A DNA stretch of 64,000 nt from Acidobacteriota bacterium (GCA_036507075.1 DASXQR010000083.1:136883-200882), one strand, 5' to 3'. Positions 1 to 10,433 are shown, counted from the first letter of the stretch. Notes: generated by a model not told the origin, from the sequence alone. A program made the numbers and translations.

Positions 1-698
1 AGTTTCCTTCGCACCGTTTCGGGCAGCGCCAGCAAATCCTTTTCCGAGGTATGCGGACCCGATTCGGTGCTGGTAACTTCGTGATAAATCACATCTGCCT
101 GCCACAGCCATTCGCCCGCCAGCCTGTCATACTCGTCCGGTGAAATCGACTCCTCCTGCAGCAGGGATTTCAACAACACAGGACGGTAACAAGTATCGCC
201 ACTGATACCGATGGTTCGGCTGGCCGACAGCTTCAGGCCAAGGGTGGGCGTGGGGTGCCAGTTGTGGCGGACCTCGACAGTGAGCCTGCTGTCCAGCCTG
301 GAAGGCTCGCCCGGAACCAGTTCCTGATAATCGAAATAATCGGCGAAGCCGAGGCGCTCAATGCGCTTTAAATCGCCGGAAAACGTGTCAGCAAAGGAGG
401 GAAAGAATTTTTCTCTCAATTCACGGTACACGCGCGCGGAAGTGAACAGACCCAGCCGCACCTTTTGCACATATTTTTTCCACAGCGCCAGCGTTTCCAA
501 ACCGGCGACATGGTCGCCATGTACATGCGTGCAGATGACACCGGTGATCCTGGCTGGATCAATGCATCGCTCACGCAGAAGCCGCAACAACGCCTGCGGC
601 GCGTCGAGCAGATACCACTGTTCGGACCGAATCAGGAAACTGGTATGGAAATGACAAGACGTGAAAGCGTTTCCAATGCCGAGGACTTCAAGTTCCAT
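1..698 (-). CDS. MBL-fold metallo-hydrolase (RNase Z / cyclic-nucleotide phosphodiesterase-like), runs off the window start
   Basis: Not in the ORF track. Manual translation from ATG at 698: MELEVLGIGNAF...THVHGDHVAG...GISGDTCY...VIYHEV...PHTS. Contains the HxHxDH metal motif; no stop before position 1. Confidence 0.8.
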   Translation of the reverse strand, partial: MELEVLGIGNAFTSCHFHTSFLIRSEQWYLLDAPQALLRLLRERCIDPARITGVICTHVHGDHVAGLETLALWKKYVQKVRLGLFTSARVYRELREKFFPSFADTFSGDLKRIERLGFADYFDYQELVPGEPSRLDSRLTVEVRHNWHPTPTLGLKLSASRTIGISGDTCYRPVLLKSLLQEESISPDEYDRLAGEWLWQADVIYHEVTSTESGPHTSEKDLLALPETVRRK

Positions 699-702
699 TT
701 TT

Positions 703-2193
703 TTACAGCCGGAAGAATCGCTGCATTCTCCTCAGGAAATTTTGCTGTACTTCCTTTCGGCTCAGTGCTCTCTCGGCAGCCTGCGCCGATTTCTTGTCCA
801 GAACGTTACGCCGTTCGGCCACTTCCCGGCTGATTTCTTCGGCAATGGAAGGCTGCAGTAGCAGCACTTCCCTCAATTGGTCTTTGTGCAGCACGTAAGC
901 CTCGACATCGCCTTCAGCTATGGCGGAGGCGCTGCGGGGCTCGCCGGTGAGCAAAGCCATCTCGCCAAAATATTGGCCTGCGGCAAGCACTGCGATCTCA
1001 CTTTCTTCATCAGCGCCATCCAGTACGATCCGTACGCTTCCACTGCGGATAAAGAACATTGCATCGCCCGGAGTTCCCTGACGGATGATGGTCTCATCTG
1101 AACCAAAAGTCTGTCGATGCATCGCTTCCGCAATGAGATTTTTCGCGCTTGAATCGAGCGCGTGGAACAGATCCACCTTGTCTACGAACTGCAGACGGTC
1201 AGAAACTTCGGGCGGGAGCGGCGCCGCTTCTTTCCACTGGGTGACGCGCAGGTCCTGGATCGGGTAGGGGATGCTTATTCCGGCCCGCTTCAACCGGTAG
1301 TAAAGCAATGTCATAAATCTGTCAAGAATCGGCTCCGACTGCGCAAAATTGTCGATCCAAAAACGACAGCGGTAATGAACCGCGAAATCATGGTAATCGA
1401 TAAGCAGGACGTCCGGCGGCGGATCTTCCAGAGCTTCCGGTACTTCAGCGATCGTGTCCAAAACGATCTGCTTGACCTGGTTGGGCGGAAACTCATATCC
1501 GATACCAACCGTATGTTCCAGCCGGAGCACGGGTGTGGGCTGCGAGTAATTGACGATCTTGTCCTTGGAAATGAGACTATTTGGGACAATGATGAAATTC
1601 CCCGATTTGGTGCGAATCTTGGTGGCCCTCCACGTAACCTCCAGCACCAGTCCTTCATGCTCGGCCACCCGAATCCAGTCTCCGACGCGAAAGGGCTTCT
1701 CCACCTGTATCGCCAAGCCGGCGAACAGGTTTCCCAGCGTGTCCTGGAGCGCGAAACCGATGATGACGGCGCCCATGGCGGAAGTAGTAAGCAGCCTTTC
1801 AGGCCACAGGTATGTTGCCGTCGCCACGAATGTGGCAATCACAAAAGTGTCTTGAACGATTGCGGGGTATTTTTCAGAAGGGCCGGCGGCCTTGAAGCGG
1901 TTAAAAACCAGCGCTACCAGAGCGTTGATTCCGGCAAGCGTGATCAGCAAGAGCTCGATGCTTTGAATCTTCTCCCGGCGGTTCTCCAGGCTGGAACCGT
2001 GAGGCGCTTCCGGGAGAAACCACAATCGGAACAGCTGCAAAATGAGGACCACGCTCAACAACAGGAGATTGAGCCGCACTCTTTTTTTGATCAGTGCGTT
2101 TCGGGTCGCTCCCTGCAGAAGGACAAACAGCAGGAGCAGCAAAACCGTGAACGGAACCGCTAGAGGGTAGACGGGGTTTTGTAACCAGGCCAC
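703..2193 (-). CDS. MscS-family mechanosensitive channel with C-terminal cyclic-nucleotide-binding domain
   Basis: N-terminal TM helices; MscS signature GFALQDTLGNLFAG...PFRVGDWI...IVPNS; cNMP motif QGTPGDAMFFIRSG...FGEMALLTGEPRSA. Confidence 0.9.
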   Translation of the reverse strand: MAWLQNPVYPLAVPFTVLLLLLFVLLQGATRNALIKKRVRLNLLLLSVVLILQLFRLWFLPEAPHGSSLENRREKIQSIELLLITLAGINALVALVFNRFKAAGPSEKYPAIVQDTFVIATFVATATYLWPERLLTTSAMGAVIIGFALQDTLGNLFAGLAIQVEKPFRVGDWIRVAEHEGLVLEVTWRATKIRTKSGNFIIVPNSLISKDKIVNYSQPTPVLRLEHTVGIGYEFPPNQVKQIVLDTIAEVPEALEDPPPDVLLIDYHDFAVHYRCRFWIDNFAQSEPILDRFMTLLYYRLKRAGISIPYPIQDLRVTQWKEAAPLPPEVSDRLQFVDKVDLFHALDSSAKNLIAEAMHRQTFGSDETIIRQGTPGDAMFFIRSGSVRIVLDGADEESEIAVLAAGQYFGEMALLTGEPRSASAIAEGDVEAYVLHKDQLREVLLLQPSIAEEISREVAERRNVLDKKSAQAAERALSRKEVQQNFLRRMQRFFRL

Positions 2194-2196
2194 TTT

Positions 2197-3372
2197 TTAA
2201 TCAGGAAGCTTCCCTGATTCCTTGAATTTCTTTACATCGTCCTTGGAAACCGTCACTGAGAGAGCGTTCGGATTCTTGGGCTTGTTGGGATCTTCCGCTC
2301 CAGCGCCTTCATTGCCCACGCCGCGAGAAGCCCCTGAGCCGGTCACCTGCGCTGTCTGCTTCTTTTCGCTGGAGGCCGTCGGATTTTTCAGCTTCGACAG
2401 ACTAAAGCGGCTCTTTTTCGGCTCTTCCTGATTCTCTTGATCCTTTTTCTCAGCGCTCTTGTCATTCTTCTTTTTTTCGTCCGATCCGGCAAGACCCTTT
2501 GCTCCCTCCAGGCCGGCGGCGATATCGGTGGACTTTGCCTCGTACTTGATAAACCGCTTGTAACGCTCCGGCAGCAGGACGGAGGCCTGGCTGTAAAGCT
2601 TTTCGGTGGAAATCTGGGCATTCAATTTGTCGACGCGCTCCTGCGCCTCGGGATGGGACGCCAGGCGACCGGAGCGGGCGGTGTCGCCTTCGCTTTGCGC
2701 CTTAAGTGTCTCAAGGAATGCGATCAGGCCGGCGGGATCGTAACCGGCCTTGAATGCCAGCCGCAGACCTACCGCGTCTGATTCCAACTCCTGGGACTGG
2801 CTGTAGCCGCGGAGCAGTAAGTCTACGATCTTGTCGACGGCCATGTTTAACAATCTGGGATTCGAGGTCAGATTGACTTCTCCCTGGCCGAACTCCGTGA
2901 CGTTCATTGTCTGAATGGCATTTATCGAGTGTTTCTGCGTGATGTGAGCAATTTCGTGACCTAGGACCCCTGCCAGTTCGGCTTCATTTTTCATAGAAGC
3001 AAGGGCGCCTCGCGTGATGTGAATAAACCCGCCCGGCGCCGCAAAGGCGTTTACAGCCGAGGTGTCCAGGATGATGAACGTGTAGGGCAGGGCAGGGCGG
3101 CTTCCCTTCTCCGCCACCACCGAGCCGACCAGTGTTACATAACGAGTAGGATCGGAGTCCTGTTGCACGCCGAATTTTTCACGAATCTTCTGACTTACGG
3201 CTTTTCCCAGCGTAAGCTCTTCTTCTTCGGAAACCTGGAGTCCCTTTATCTTCTGGGCTTTGTTTCCAGCCTTGTCGATCGCGCCCTTTATTTTTCCAAG
3301 GCCCCCAAACTGCGCCTGGGCCGGACAGACTAAAAGGACGAAAAGCAGCGCAGATATCCAAGTACCTCTCAT
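2197..3372 (-). CDS. Secreted M48-family zinc metallopeptidase
   Basis: Signal peptide (MRGTWISALLFVLLVCPAQAQ), NAFAAPGG, HEIAH (HExxH), YSQSQELESD, SHP motif, low-complexity C-terminal tail. Confidence 0.85.
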   Translation of the reverse strand: MRGTWISALLFVLLVCPAQAQFGGLGKIKGAIDKAGNKAQKIKGLQVSEEEELTLGKAVSQKIREKFGVQQDSDPTRYVTLVGSVVAEKGSRPALPYTFIILDTSAVNAFAAPGGFIHITRGALASMKNEAELAGVLGHEIAHITQKHSINAIQTMNVTEFGQGEVNLTSNPRLLNMAVDKIVDLLLRGYSQSQELESDAVGLRLAFKAGYDPAGLIAFLETLKAQSEGDTARSGRLASHPEAQERVDKLNAQISTEKLYSQASVLLPERYKRFIKYEAKSTDIAAGLEGAKGLAGSDEKKKNDKSAEKKDQENQEEPKKSRFSLSKLKNPTASSEKKQTAQVTGSGASRGVGNEGAGAEDPNKPKNPNALSVTVSKDDVKKFKESGKLPD

Positions 3373-3477
3373 ACGGGATCCTCCGGCAAAAAAAGAATAG
3401 GGTGGACACATTGTAACAGATCCAAGCTTCTCCCTTCTCGCCCTTTCCTGTTAACATGAGAAAATTCCTCTGAGCTC

Positions 3478-4455
3478 ATGGCCTTAGATTTGCAAAAGCT
3501 TTCCATTCAGGAGATCCGCGAGCGCTTCCTCGACGGCAACAAGCCGGTGTCCGGCCAGGTGCTCGCCAAGCTGCAGAAAGATTCGCGTGAGGGAGTTCGT
3601 TCAATCTATCGAATGCTGGAGAAACGTCGCCGCCAGCACAGGCGCGAACAGATTCGGATGAAGTCCCTGCTCTACTTTGAAGAGGTCCTCTGGAATTCCG
3701 GAATACAGTACATCGCGGGCGTCGACGAAGTGGGAATCGGCCCGCTGGCGGGACCGGTTGTGGCCGCCGCAGTGATTTTCCCCCCGCACACATTCGTCGA
3801 GGGCGTAAACGATTCAAAAAAACTGGATCCCCGGCAGCGCGAAGTTTTGCGGGACCAAATCCTGCAGCGCTGTCTGGCTCATTCCATCGCGGTGGTGGAT
3901 GTGGAGGAAGTCGACCAGCTCAACGTCTATCACGCCGGACTGGAAGGAATGCGCCGGGCCATCGAGATGCTCAGCCCGGGACCGCAGCACGTGCTGGTGG
4001 ACGCGAGAGAAATTCCGAAGCTTCCCGTCGCGCAAAACAAATTCGACAAGGGTGACGGAATTAATTTCTCGATCGCCGCTGCCAGCATTCTCGCCAAAAC
4101 ACATCGTGACGCCCTGATGGACCAACTGCATGAACTTTATCCACAATACGGCTTCGACAGTCACAGGGGTTATTCCACCAAGCAACACCAGAGCGCGCTG
4201 AAGGAGTACGGGCCCAGTCCAATCCACCGGAGATCCTTCCCTTTCGTGAGAGAGGTGTGCGGAAAGTTCAGCGAGGTCTTCTACGGGCTCAAGTCCGAGC
4301 TCTATTCCGCAGGTTCGCCCGAGTTGCTGAAGCAGACCGAGGAACGGTTTCTATCAATGCAGGCGGACTTGACGGAGTACGAGATTCGCAAGCTTCGACT
4401 CTGCTGCAAGAGACTATGGGCCTCAACGGCTCAAGCTCGAAAGGCCAAGGTCTGA
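3478..4455 (+). CDS. rnhB: Ribonuclease HII
   Basis: AGVDEVGIGPLAGPVVAAAV, NDSKKL, KGD...SIAAASILAK, HRRSF; has N- and C-terminal extensions. Confidence 0.95.
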   Translation: MALDLQKLSIQEIRERFLDGNKPVSGQVLAKLQKDSREGVRSIYRMLEKRRRQHRREQIRMKSLLYFEEVLWNSGIQYIAGVDEVGIGPLAGPVVAAAVIFPPHTFVEGVNDSKKLDPRQREVLRDQILQRCLAHSIAVVDVEEVDQLNVYHAGLEGMRRAIEMLSPGPQHVLVDAREIPKLPVAQNKFDKGDGINFSIAAASILAKTHRDALMDQLHELYPQYGFDSHRGYSTKQHQSALKEYGPSPIHRRSFPFVREVCGKFSEVFYGLKSELYSAGSPELLKQTEERFLSMQADLTEYEIRKLRLCCKRLWASTAQARKAKV

Positions 4456-4459
4456 AAGT

Positions 4460-4694
4460 CCGCGACCACGGCCCGGATTATTTAAGAAAACCTAACCGCC
4501 AAGAACGCCAAGAACGCCAAGAGGGCGCCAAGGACGGGGGCTGAAACTTGAAGTATGAAAGTTATCAATCGTGTCAAGCGCATGCGTGGTGCCTTCATAC
4601 TTCAAGTTTCAGGCCCCCGTCCTTGGCGCCTTTCTTAGCGCTCTTAGCGTTCTTGGGGTTAAGTTTTCTTGAGTAATCCGGGCCGTGGTCGCGG
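4460..4694. repeat. ~235-bp palindromic element, family A copy 1
   Basis: Arms ~4460-4559 and ~4594-4694 are near-complementary; CCCGGATTA...TAATCCGGG ends, CGCCAAGAA tandem units. Lies between convergent rnhB and cysK. Confidence 0.9.
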
Positions 4695-4698
4695 TACT

Positions 4699-5667
4699 TT
4701 ACTTGGCGGCGGCGGCCGCAGGTTCTTCATAGACCCCGGCGTACAGATCGTGGGAGAGATACCGCTCGCCCAGGTCCGGCAACACGGCCACCAGGCGCTT
4801 TCCTGGACCCAAATCGCGGCTCACCTTAAGCGCTGCCCAGACAATCGCGCCCGAAGAAATGCCCACGAAAATCCCTTCTTCCCTGGCAAGGCGTCGTGCG
4901 ACATCCCGCGCGTCCTCGTAATGAACCTGAATGATCTGATCGATCACTTTCACATTTAATACGGACGGGATAAAACCCGCTCCCATACCCTGGATTTTGT
5001 GAGGGCCGGGTTTGCATCCGGAAAGAACCGCCGATTCGACAGGTTCCACGGCGACAATTTTGATTCCCGGAATCTTCTGCTTCAGGACCTCGCCGGCTCC
5101 CGTAACCGTCCCACCCGTGCCGACACCGGATACCAGCGCGTCAAGGCGGCCTTCGGTGGCCTCCAGAATTTCAATTGCGGTGGTGCGGCGGTGCACTTCG
5201 GGGTTAGCAGGATTGTCAAACTGCTGGGGCATGAACGAATTGGGCGTTCTGCCAAGAATCTCTTCGGCTTTTCGAATCGAGCCCCTCATCCCTTCCGAAC
5301 CCGGCGTTAAAACGATTTCAGCTCCCAGAGCGGCCAGCACACGGCGTCTTTCAATCGTCATCGTGTCGGGCATGGTCAAGATAAGATGGTATCCCATCAC
5401 AGCGGCGGCCATGGCCAGGCCGATTCCGGTGTTGCCGCTGGTAGGCTCCACGATAGTGGTTCTGCCCGGGCGAATTCTCCCTTCACGCTCGGCTGCCTGC
5501 AGCATCGCGGCGCCGATCCGGTCTTTTACGCTCCACATTGGATTGAACGATTCCAGTTTGACCAGAATTTCGGCTCCTTCCGGCTCGATGACCCGATTCA
5601 ACCGGACCAAAGGGGTGTAACCAATCAATTCCAGGATGTTGTTAGCAAGTAAGGGGCGCTGGAGCAT
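4699..5667 (-). CDS. cysK: Cysteine synthase A
   Basis: SVKDRIG (PLP lysine), EPTSGNTGIG, QQFDNPANP, GVGTGGT, HKIQGMGAG. Start placed at ATG 5667 because the upstream ORF extension is repeat-derived. Confidence 0.95.
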   Translation of the reverse strand: MLQRPLLANNILELIGYTPLVRLNRVIEPEGAEILVKLESFNPMWSVKDRIGAAMLQAAEREGRIRPGRTTIVEPTSGNTGIGLAMAAAVMGYHLILTMPDTMTIERRRVLAALGAEIVLTPGSEGMRGSIRKAEEILGRTPNSFMPQQFDNPANPEVHRRTTAIEILEATEGRLDALVSGVGTGGTVTGAGEVLKQKIPGIKIVAVEPVESAVLSGCKPGPHKIQGMGAGFIPSVLNVKVIDQIIQVHYEDARDVARRLAREEGIFVGISSGAIVWAALKVSRDLGPGKRLVAVLPDLGERYLSHDLYAGVYEEPAAAAAK

Positions 5668-5741
5668 TCTGTGCCTCGTTTTGAAAGTAGGTTCGCTGGA
5701 ATTCTGAGTGAGCCGATCAAGGTCTGTCAAGTTGAGGTTTG

Positions 5742-5910
5742 TGCACGAATTTAGAACACGAATTACACGAATTACACGAATTACACGAATCTTCTTAAAT
5801 GACTTCTGAAATTCGTGGGAACTCGTAGAAATTCGTGCAAATTCGTGTAAATTCGTGTAAATTCGTGTTTCAAATTCGTGTTTCAAATTCGTGTTTGTAA
5901 ATTCGTGCTT
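5742..5910. repeat. Inverted array of ACACGAATT / AATTCGTGT tandem units
   Basis: About 5 CACGAAT units followed by about 8 ATTCGTG units, in the divergent cysK/VWA intergenic region. Confidence 0.9.
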
Positions 5911-5914
5911 AATA

Positions 5915-6955
5915 ATGCGCAGAAAGATTTGCTGGCTTTGGGTGTGCGCCATACTGGTTGCCTCGGGTCACTCGCAAAGCGGTTCTGATCAGAATCCGAC
6001 CCGGGTGATCAAAGCTGAGATCCAGCCGCCCGTCAACATTCGCTCGACCGTTGATCTTGTGCTTGCCGACACTCTGGTGCTGGATCGCATCAAAGGCACG
6101 CCGGTGGGCGGCCTGACCGTAGACGACTTTGTTCTCTATGAAAACGGCGTGGGTCAGCAGATCAGTTATTTCAGCCAGGACCAACTGCCTCTCTCCCTTC
6201 TGCTGCTGGTCGATCGCGGAGGCTGCCTCGACCCTTTCAACGACCAGGTGCGTGAAGCGATCCGCGCCATCCTCCGCGGATTAAAGCCACAGGATAGAAT
6301 CGGGCTGATGGCTTTTTCCGACCATCCGAAACTGGTGCTGGGCTTGACTTCCAACCAGTCAGCCGTCGCCGACGCCTTGGGTCGCATGCCGAAGCATGAA
6401 TCGTTTGGCGGGCATTGCTTCAACCGGGCTCTTACCGAAGCCGCCCAATATCTCCGGGATTCTTCAAAGTCGGACGCTCGCCGCCTGATTGTCGTCATCA
6501 CGGCGCAGAGAACAGGCCTTTGCAACAGCGGACCTTCGGCCCGAGACGTTTCCCGCATGCTGATGGAATCGAGCGTGATGGTCTTTGGAATTCTGCCTCG
6601 TACCCCGGCGCAGCAGTTAGAGAGCGGAATGTACGGGGTGGCCACTTCATTGCGTGGAGCGTTGAGAATCGGAAGCCTTGTGAACCTCTCCCGGATTGCG
6701 CAGGAAACGGGAGGTGAAATCTTCAACGACCCGCCCGAAGAACTGGCGCATTCCTTTGCGGAACTGACGCTTCACCTTCGAACACGTTACACTCTTGGTT
6801 TCGTCCCTTCCAACCGGCGCCGCGACGGAGGTTTTCGCAAATTAAAAGTCCAACTGTCTGCACCTGGCGAGACGCGGGCTGGGAAAGTCAGGATCCAGGC
6901 CCGCCGCGGTTACTTCGCGCCGCGCGAAGAAGCCGTGACCATGAACGGCAGGTAA
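5915..6955 (+). CDS. Secreted VWA-domain protein
   Basis: Signal peptide, STVDLVLADTLV, DDFVLYENGVGQQI, degenerate MIDAS (DRGGC), ETGG, YTLGFVP, RRGYFAP. Confidence 0.85.
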   Translation: MRRKICWLWVCAILVASGHSQSGSDQNPTRVIKAEIQPPVNIRSTVDLVLADTLVLDRIKGTPVGGLTVDDFVLYENGVGQQISYFSQDQLPLSLLLLVDRGGCLDPFNDQVREAIRAILRGLKPQDRIGLMAFSDHPKLVLGLTSNQSAVADALGRMPKHESFGGHCFNRALTEAAQYLRDSSKSDARRLIVVITAQRTGLCNSGPSARDVSRMLMESSVMVFGILPRTPAQQLESGMYGVATSLRGALRIGSLVNLSRIAQETGGEIFNDPPEELAHSFAELTLHLRTRYTLGFVPSNRRRDGGFRKLKVQLSAPGETRAGKVRIQARRGYFAPREEAVTMNGR

Positions 6956-7029
6956 AATCAGCCCCGAGCGTCGAATTGTGCCGCCTTCGGCCTCTGGCCA
7001 TTTGGGCAACGGCGTCGCGATACGCCCCG

Positions 7030-7524
7030 CTATTTGCCTCCCCGAGGCCGAGATGGCGGCCCGGGTGGCTGCCAGAGCAGAGGGCTGGGCTTTGACTGCT
7101 CGATGCTCCCCGCGGGGCGAAGACGGCGCGCGCTCCTGGACGGCGCTCTCCTCCTGCTTGTTCGGGCCCTATCTTTTTTCCGTTCTACTTTGTCCTCATC
7201 GCGCACGGAATTTTTTTTCGGATCTGGACGACGAGGGATTCCAACCAGCGCCTGTTTTGTAACCGGGACCTCGAGCCGCCCTTCGACCGCCGTCTCCGGC
7301 TGCGGGGGCTGCCAGTGCGTCGTGTAGGAAACGCGCGCCCGGCGCAGTTCCGGCAGTGAGGCATTGGAGTATTTTCGCGCGGATTGCTTCTGCGGATCTG
7401 TCTTTTTTGCCAGCTCCACGATGCTGACCAGCGCCTGCGCCGGATCTTCCTTTTGAACGGCAAACCCTTGGGAATACAGTCCGCCCGTGAGCAGCAGATA
7501 ACAAAGTGAATTCAGCGTCTTCAT
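7030..7524 (-). CDS. Hypothetical exported protein, basic low-complexity C-terminus
   Basis: AAGGAGGT RBS before ATG 7524; signal-peptide-like N-terminus. Confidence 0.5.
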   Translation of the reverse strand: MKTLNSLCYLLLTGGLYSQGFAVQKEDPAQALVSIVELAKKTDPQKQSARKYSNASLPELRRARVSYTTHWQPPQPETAVEGRLEVPVTKQALVGIPRRPDPKKNSVRDEDKVERKKDRARTSRRRAPSRSARRLRPAGSIEQSKPSPLLWQPPGPPSRPRGGK

Positions 7525-7599
7525 CGCGCTCACCTCCTTTCGATGGGACATAACCGGCCTGCCGCCGATTCCACGAAAAAAAGTTACAATAGCCGTCGC

Positions 7600-9600
7600 A
7601 TGGAACGATTCAAGAAAGCCCTGAAACGGCTTTCCCTGCCCCTTCTGGCGCTTGCCTGCCTGGCGGTGAGCTGGATTTCGGTGCGCGTCGTGGTCCCAAA
7701 TCTGGAGTTAAAAACGGTCGACTATCGTTTTCGACTGCTGGGCCGCCAGCCGACCGCATCGCCGGATATTGTGCTGGTCGACATTGATGAACTGAGCATC
7801 CAGACGCTGGAACCGCAGGTGGGCCGCTGGCCCTGGTCCCGTGATGTGCATGCCGAACTGCTGCGCTTTCTGCGCCGCGCGCGGGCAAAGATCGTGATTT
7901 TTGATGTCCTGTTCACCGAGGGTGACATTGACCATCCGGAGCGGGATCGGGAACTGGCCGGCGACACTGCAAAATCGGGGAATGTGATTCATGCCGTCGC
8001 GCTTGTTAACCAGAAGCTTGAAGAGCCGGATCGCGGCCTGCTTGCAAAGCACTCCATTCCCGCCGTGGGACGATTTGAAAAATTCGAGCAGGCCGAGCTT
8101 CCAATAAAACCAATCGCGCAAAACGCGCGCGGCCTGGGACACGTCGCCATGACACTGGATGCCGACGGCCCCTGGCGTCGAAACCTGCTGCTGGCGGGCT
8201 GCAGGGATCGGTTGGTTCCTTCTCTTGGGCTGGCCGCCTGCCTGGCGCTGCAGAACCTGGATGTGCGTTCCATCGGCATCGAGGATCGGCATCTCATCGC
8301 CGGCTCCGTCCGCGCGCCGCTGGATGAGAACGGGCAGATGACGATCTGGTTCAACGGCGGTCCCTACGTCACCTACCGGCTTTATTCGTACAAGGATGTC
8401 TTCCTTTCACAGCTCCAACTGGAGAATCACGAGCGGCCGTTCCTCGATCCCCGGAAATTCGAGAACAAAATCGTAATCGTCGGAGCCACGGCACAAGGAC
8501 TGCACGACACGTTCGCCAGTCCCTATAGCGGCACGGCGCGTGACGAAAAGCTTCTGGAATCGGGAAAGAAGATCGGCCTGGGCAACATGTCCGGGATGGA
8601 GGTTCACGCCAACGTCATTGATGATCTGTTGCACAACCGTTATCTACGCAGCCTTCCAAACTGGCTCACCTGGACAATCGTGGTCGCCGGCGCGACAGCG
8701 GTCCTGGCCTTGATCTATTTCACCCCTCTGTGGGTGGCGGTCGCGGCGGCGCTTTTGATGATGGCGGCTTACCTGCCTCTGGCGCAGTTTGCCTTTTCCC
8801 ATCACTGGCAACTGCCGGTGGTGCCGGTGATTCTTGGCTGGACACTCTCGGTAGTTTGCGGATTTGGTTACCAGTACTGGATCGAAGGCGCCGAGCGGCG
8901 CAAAGTGGCGCAAATCTTTTCGCGTTACGTCTCCCCAAGCGTATACCGGCATCTGCTCGACGATCCCTCGGCGGTGGAACTGGGAGGAAAGCGGCAGGTG
9001 ATCACCGTGCTGTTTTCCGATATCCGCGGCTTCACACACATCGCCGAAAAATTGCAGCCCGAGGAAATGATTGCGCAATTGAACGAATATTTCTCGGCGA
9101 TGGTGGAGATCGTGTTCCAGCACGAGGGGACCATAGACAAGTTCGTGGGCGACATGATCATGGCACTGTTCAACACGCCGATGCCGGATCCCGATCACCC
9201 CGACCACGCGGTCCAGTGCGCCATCGCAATGCATCGAAAACTGGAAACTATGAACGTCTTGTGGGAAAGCCAGGGAAGGCCCCAATTTCACTGCGGTGTG
9301 GGCATCAACACCGGTGAAATGGTGGCAGGTAATCTGGGCACGGAGAAAATACAGGGATTCACCGTCATCGGCGACAATGTAAACCTTGGCTCGCGGCTGG
9401 AATCGAAATGCAAGGACTACCAGGCCGATATCATCATCAGCGAGTTCACGCGCGCGGCTCTCAAACACTCCTACCCGATGCAGGAGCTGGGCGATGTGGT
9501 GGTAAAAGGAAAATCCAAGCCGGTGAAAATATTCCAGATCTTTCACAGCCCCGCCACAACTTCCGGCGCGGTGCCCTCCCGGGAAAGCGCCGCGTCATGA
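7600..9600 (+). CDS. CHASE2-domain class III adenylate cyclase
   Basis: DIDELS...GRWPWSRDVHA, DADG, GMEVHAN (CHASE2); 3 TM helices; LFSDIRGFT, DKFVGDMIMALF, TVIGDNVNLGSRLE. Confidence 0.92.
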   Translation: MERFKKALKRLSLPLLALACLAVSWISVRVVVPNLELKTVDYRFRLLGRQPTASPDIVLVDIDELSIQTLEPQVGRWPWSRDVHAELLRFLRRARAKIVIFDVLFTEGDIDHPERDRELAGDTAKSGNVIHAVALVNQKLEEPDRGLLAKHSIPAVGRFEKFEQAELPIKPIAQNARGLGHVAMTLDADGPWRRNLLLAGCRDRLVPSLGLAACLALQNLDVRSIGIEDRHLIAGSVRAPLDENGQMTIWFNGGPYVTYRLYSYKDVFLSQLQLENHERPFLDPRKFENKIVIVGATAQGLHDTFASPYSGTARDEKLLESGKKIGLGNMSGMEVHANVIDDLLHNRYLRSLPNWLTWTIVVAGATAVLALIYFTPLWVAVAAALLMMAAYLPLAQFAFSHHWQLPVVPVILGWTLSVVCGFGYQYWIEGAERRKVAQIFSRYVSPSVYRHLLDDPSAVELGGKRQVITVLFSDIRGFTHIAEKLQPEEMIAQLNEYFSAMVEIVFQHEGTIDKFVGDMIMALFNTPMPDPDHPDHAVQCAIAMHRKLETMNVLWESQGRPQFHCGVGINTGEMVAGNLGTEKIQGFTVIGDNVNLGSRLESKCKDYQADIIISEFTRAALKHSYPMQELGDVVVKGKSKPVKIFQIFHSPATTSGAVPSRESAAS

Positions 9601-10433
9601 CAGTCGGCCTTGTGTCCCTGCACGGAGGTCACAGCGATTATGGCGACGGCGCCGGACGTCTGGACGATTTTGCCCTTGCCGCCGCTAATCAAGGCATGCT
9701 CGCATTCGGTTTCACCGAACACATGCCGCGCCGGAAAAAGTACTGGTATCCCACGGAAAATCCGGAACGACACTCGTTCCAGTGGTATCAGGGCTACGTG
9801 CGTGATGCCCGCCAGGTGCAGTCGCGCTTCCAGGGTAGAATCGAAATCCTGGTGGGCGCCGAGCTCGAGCTGATTCCGGGTGAGGAAGAATTTCTGGGCG
9901 AATTCCTGAGCGAGTTCAAGCTCGATTATGCGGTGGGATCGGTGCATTTCGTGCGCGACCTGGGATTCGATTATTCCCCGGAGTATTACGGCAGGGCCAT
10001 CTCGCAGTGCGGCGGTTTTGAAGCCTTCTGCCTCGATTACCTGGAGACGATGGAAGCGATGCTGGAAAAGGTGTCCTTCCAGGTTCTCGGCCACTTTGAC
10101 CTGTTCAAAGTCCACAGCACAGAGCCGATAATGCTGAGCGACAAGGCGCTGGATCGGATCGACCGGTTGATGCGGCGGATCGCTGCTGCCGGACGCCTGC
10201 TCGACATCAACGCCAACGGCCTGTCAAAACCCTGCCGGGAAATCTATCCCTCGGTGCAAATCTTGAGGCTGGCGCGAAAGCACGGCGTCGAAGTGACACT
10301 AGGCGATGACTCTCACTCACCTCAGGGGGTGGGCAGAAATCTTGAAGCCGCGCTCGAACACCTAAGGCACGCAGGCTACGCGGAAATCACATACCTGAAG
10401 CCGGACGGCAGCCGGCCAAAGTTGCGGATCTGA
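9597..10433 (+). CDS. PHP-family histidinol-phosphatase (HisJ-like)
   Basis: SLHGGHS, GFTEHMP, GSVH, GHFDL, GDDSH; ATGA overlap with the cyclase stop codon. Confidence 0.8.
   Translation: MTVGLVSLHGGHSDYGDGAGRLDDFALAAANQGMLAFGFTEHMPRRKKYWYPTENPERHSFQWYQGYVRDARQVQSRFQGRIEILVGAELELIPGEEEFLGEFLSEFKLDYAVGSVHFVRDLGFDYSPEYYGRAISQCGGFEAFCLDYLETMEAMLEKVSFQVLGHFDLFKVHSTEPIMLSDKALDRIDRLMRRIAAAGRLLDINANGLSKPCREIYPSVQILRLARKHGVEVTLGDDSHSPQGVGRNLEAALEHLRHAGYAEITYLKPDGSRPKLRI

Noticed and set aside
5742..5910. CRISPR array
   Set aside because: Units are 9-12 nt with no unique spacers, they are inverted, and no cas genes are present. The same applies to the other arrays.
5668..5952. Long N-terminal extension of cysK in the ORF track
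   Set aside because: It is a translation of the CACGAAT arrays (RVIRVIRV, HEF repeats); homology starts near ATG 5667.
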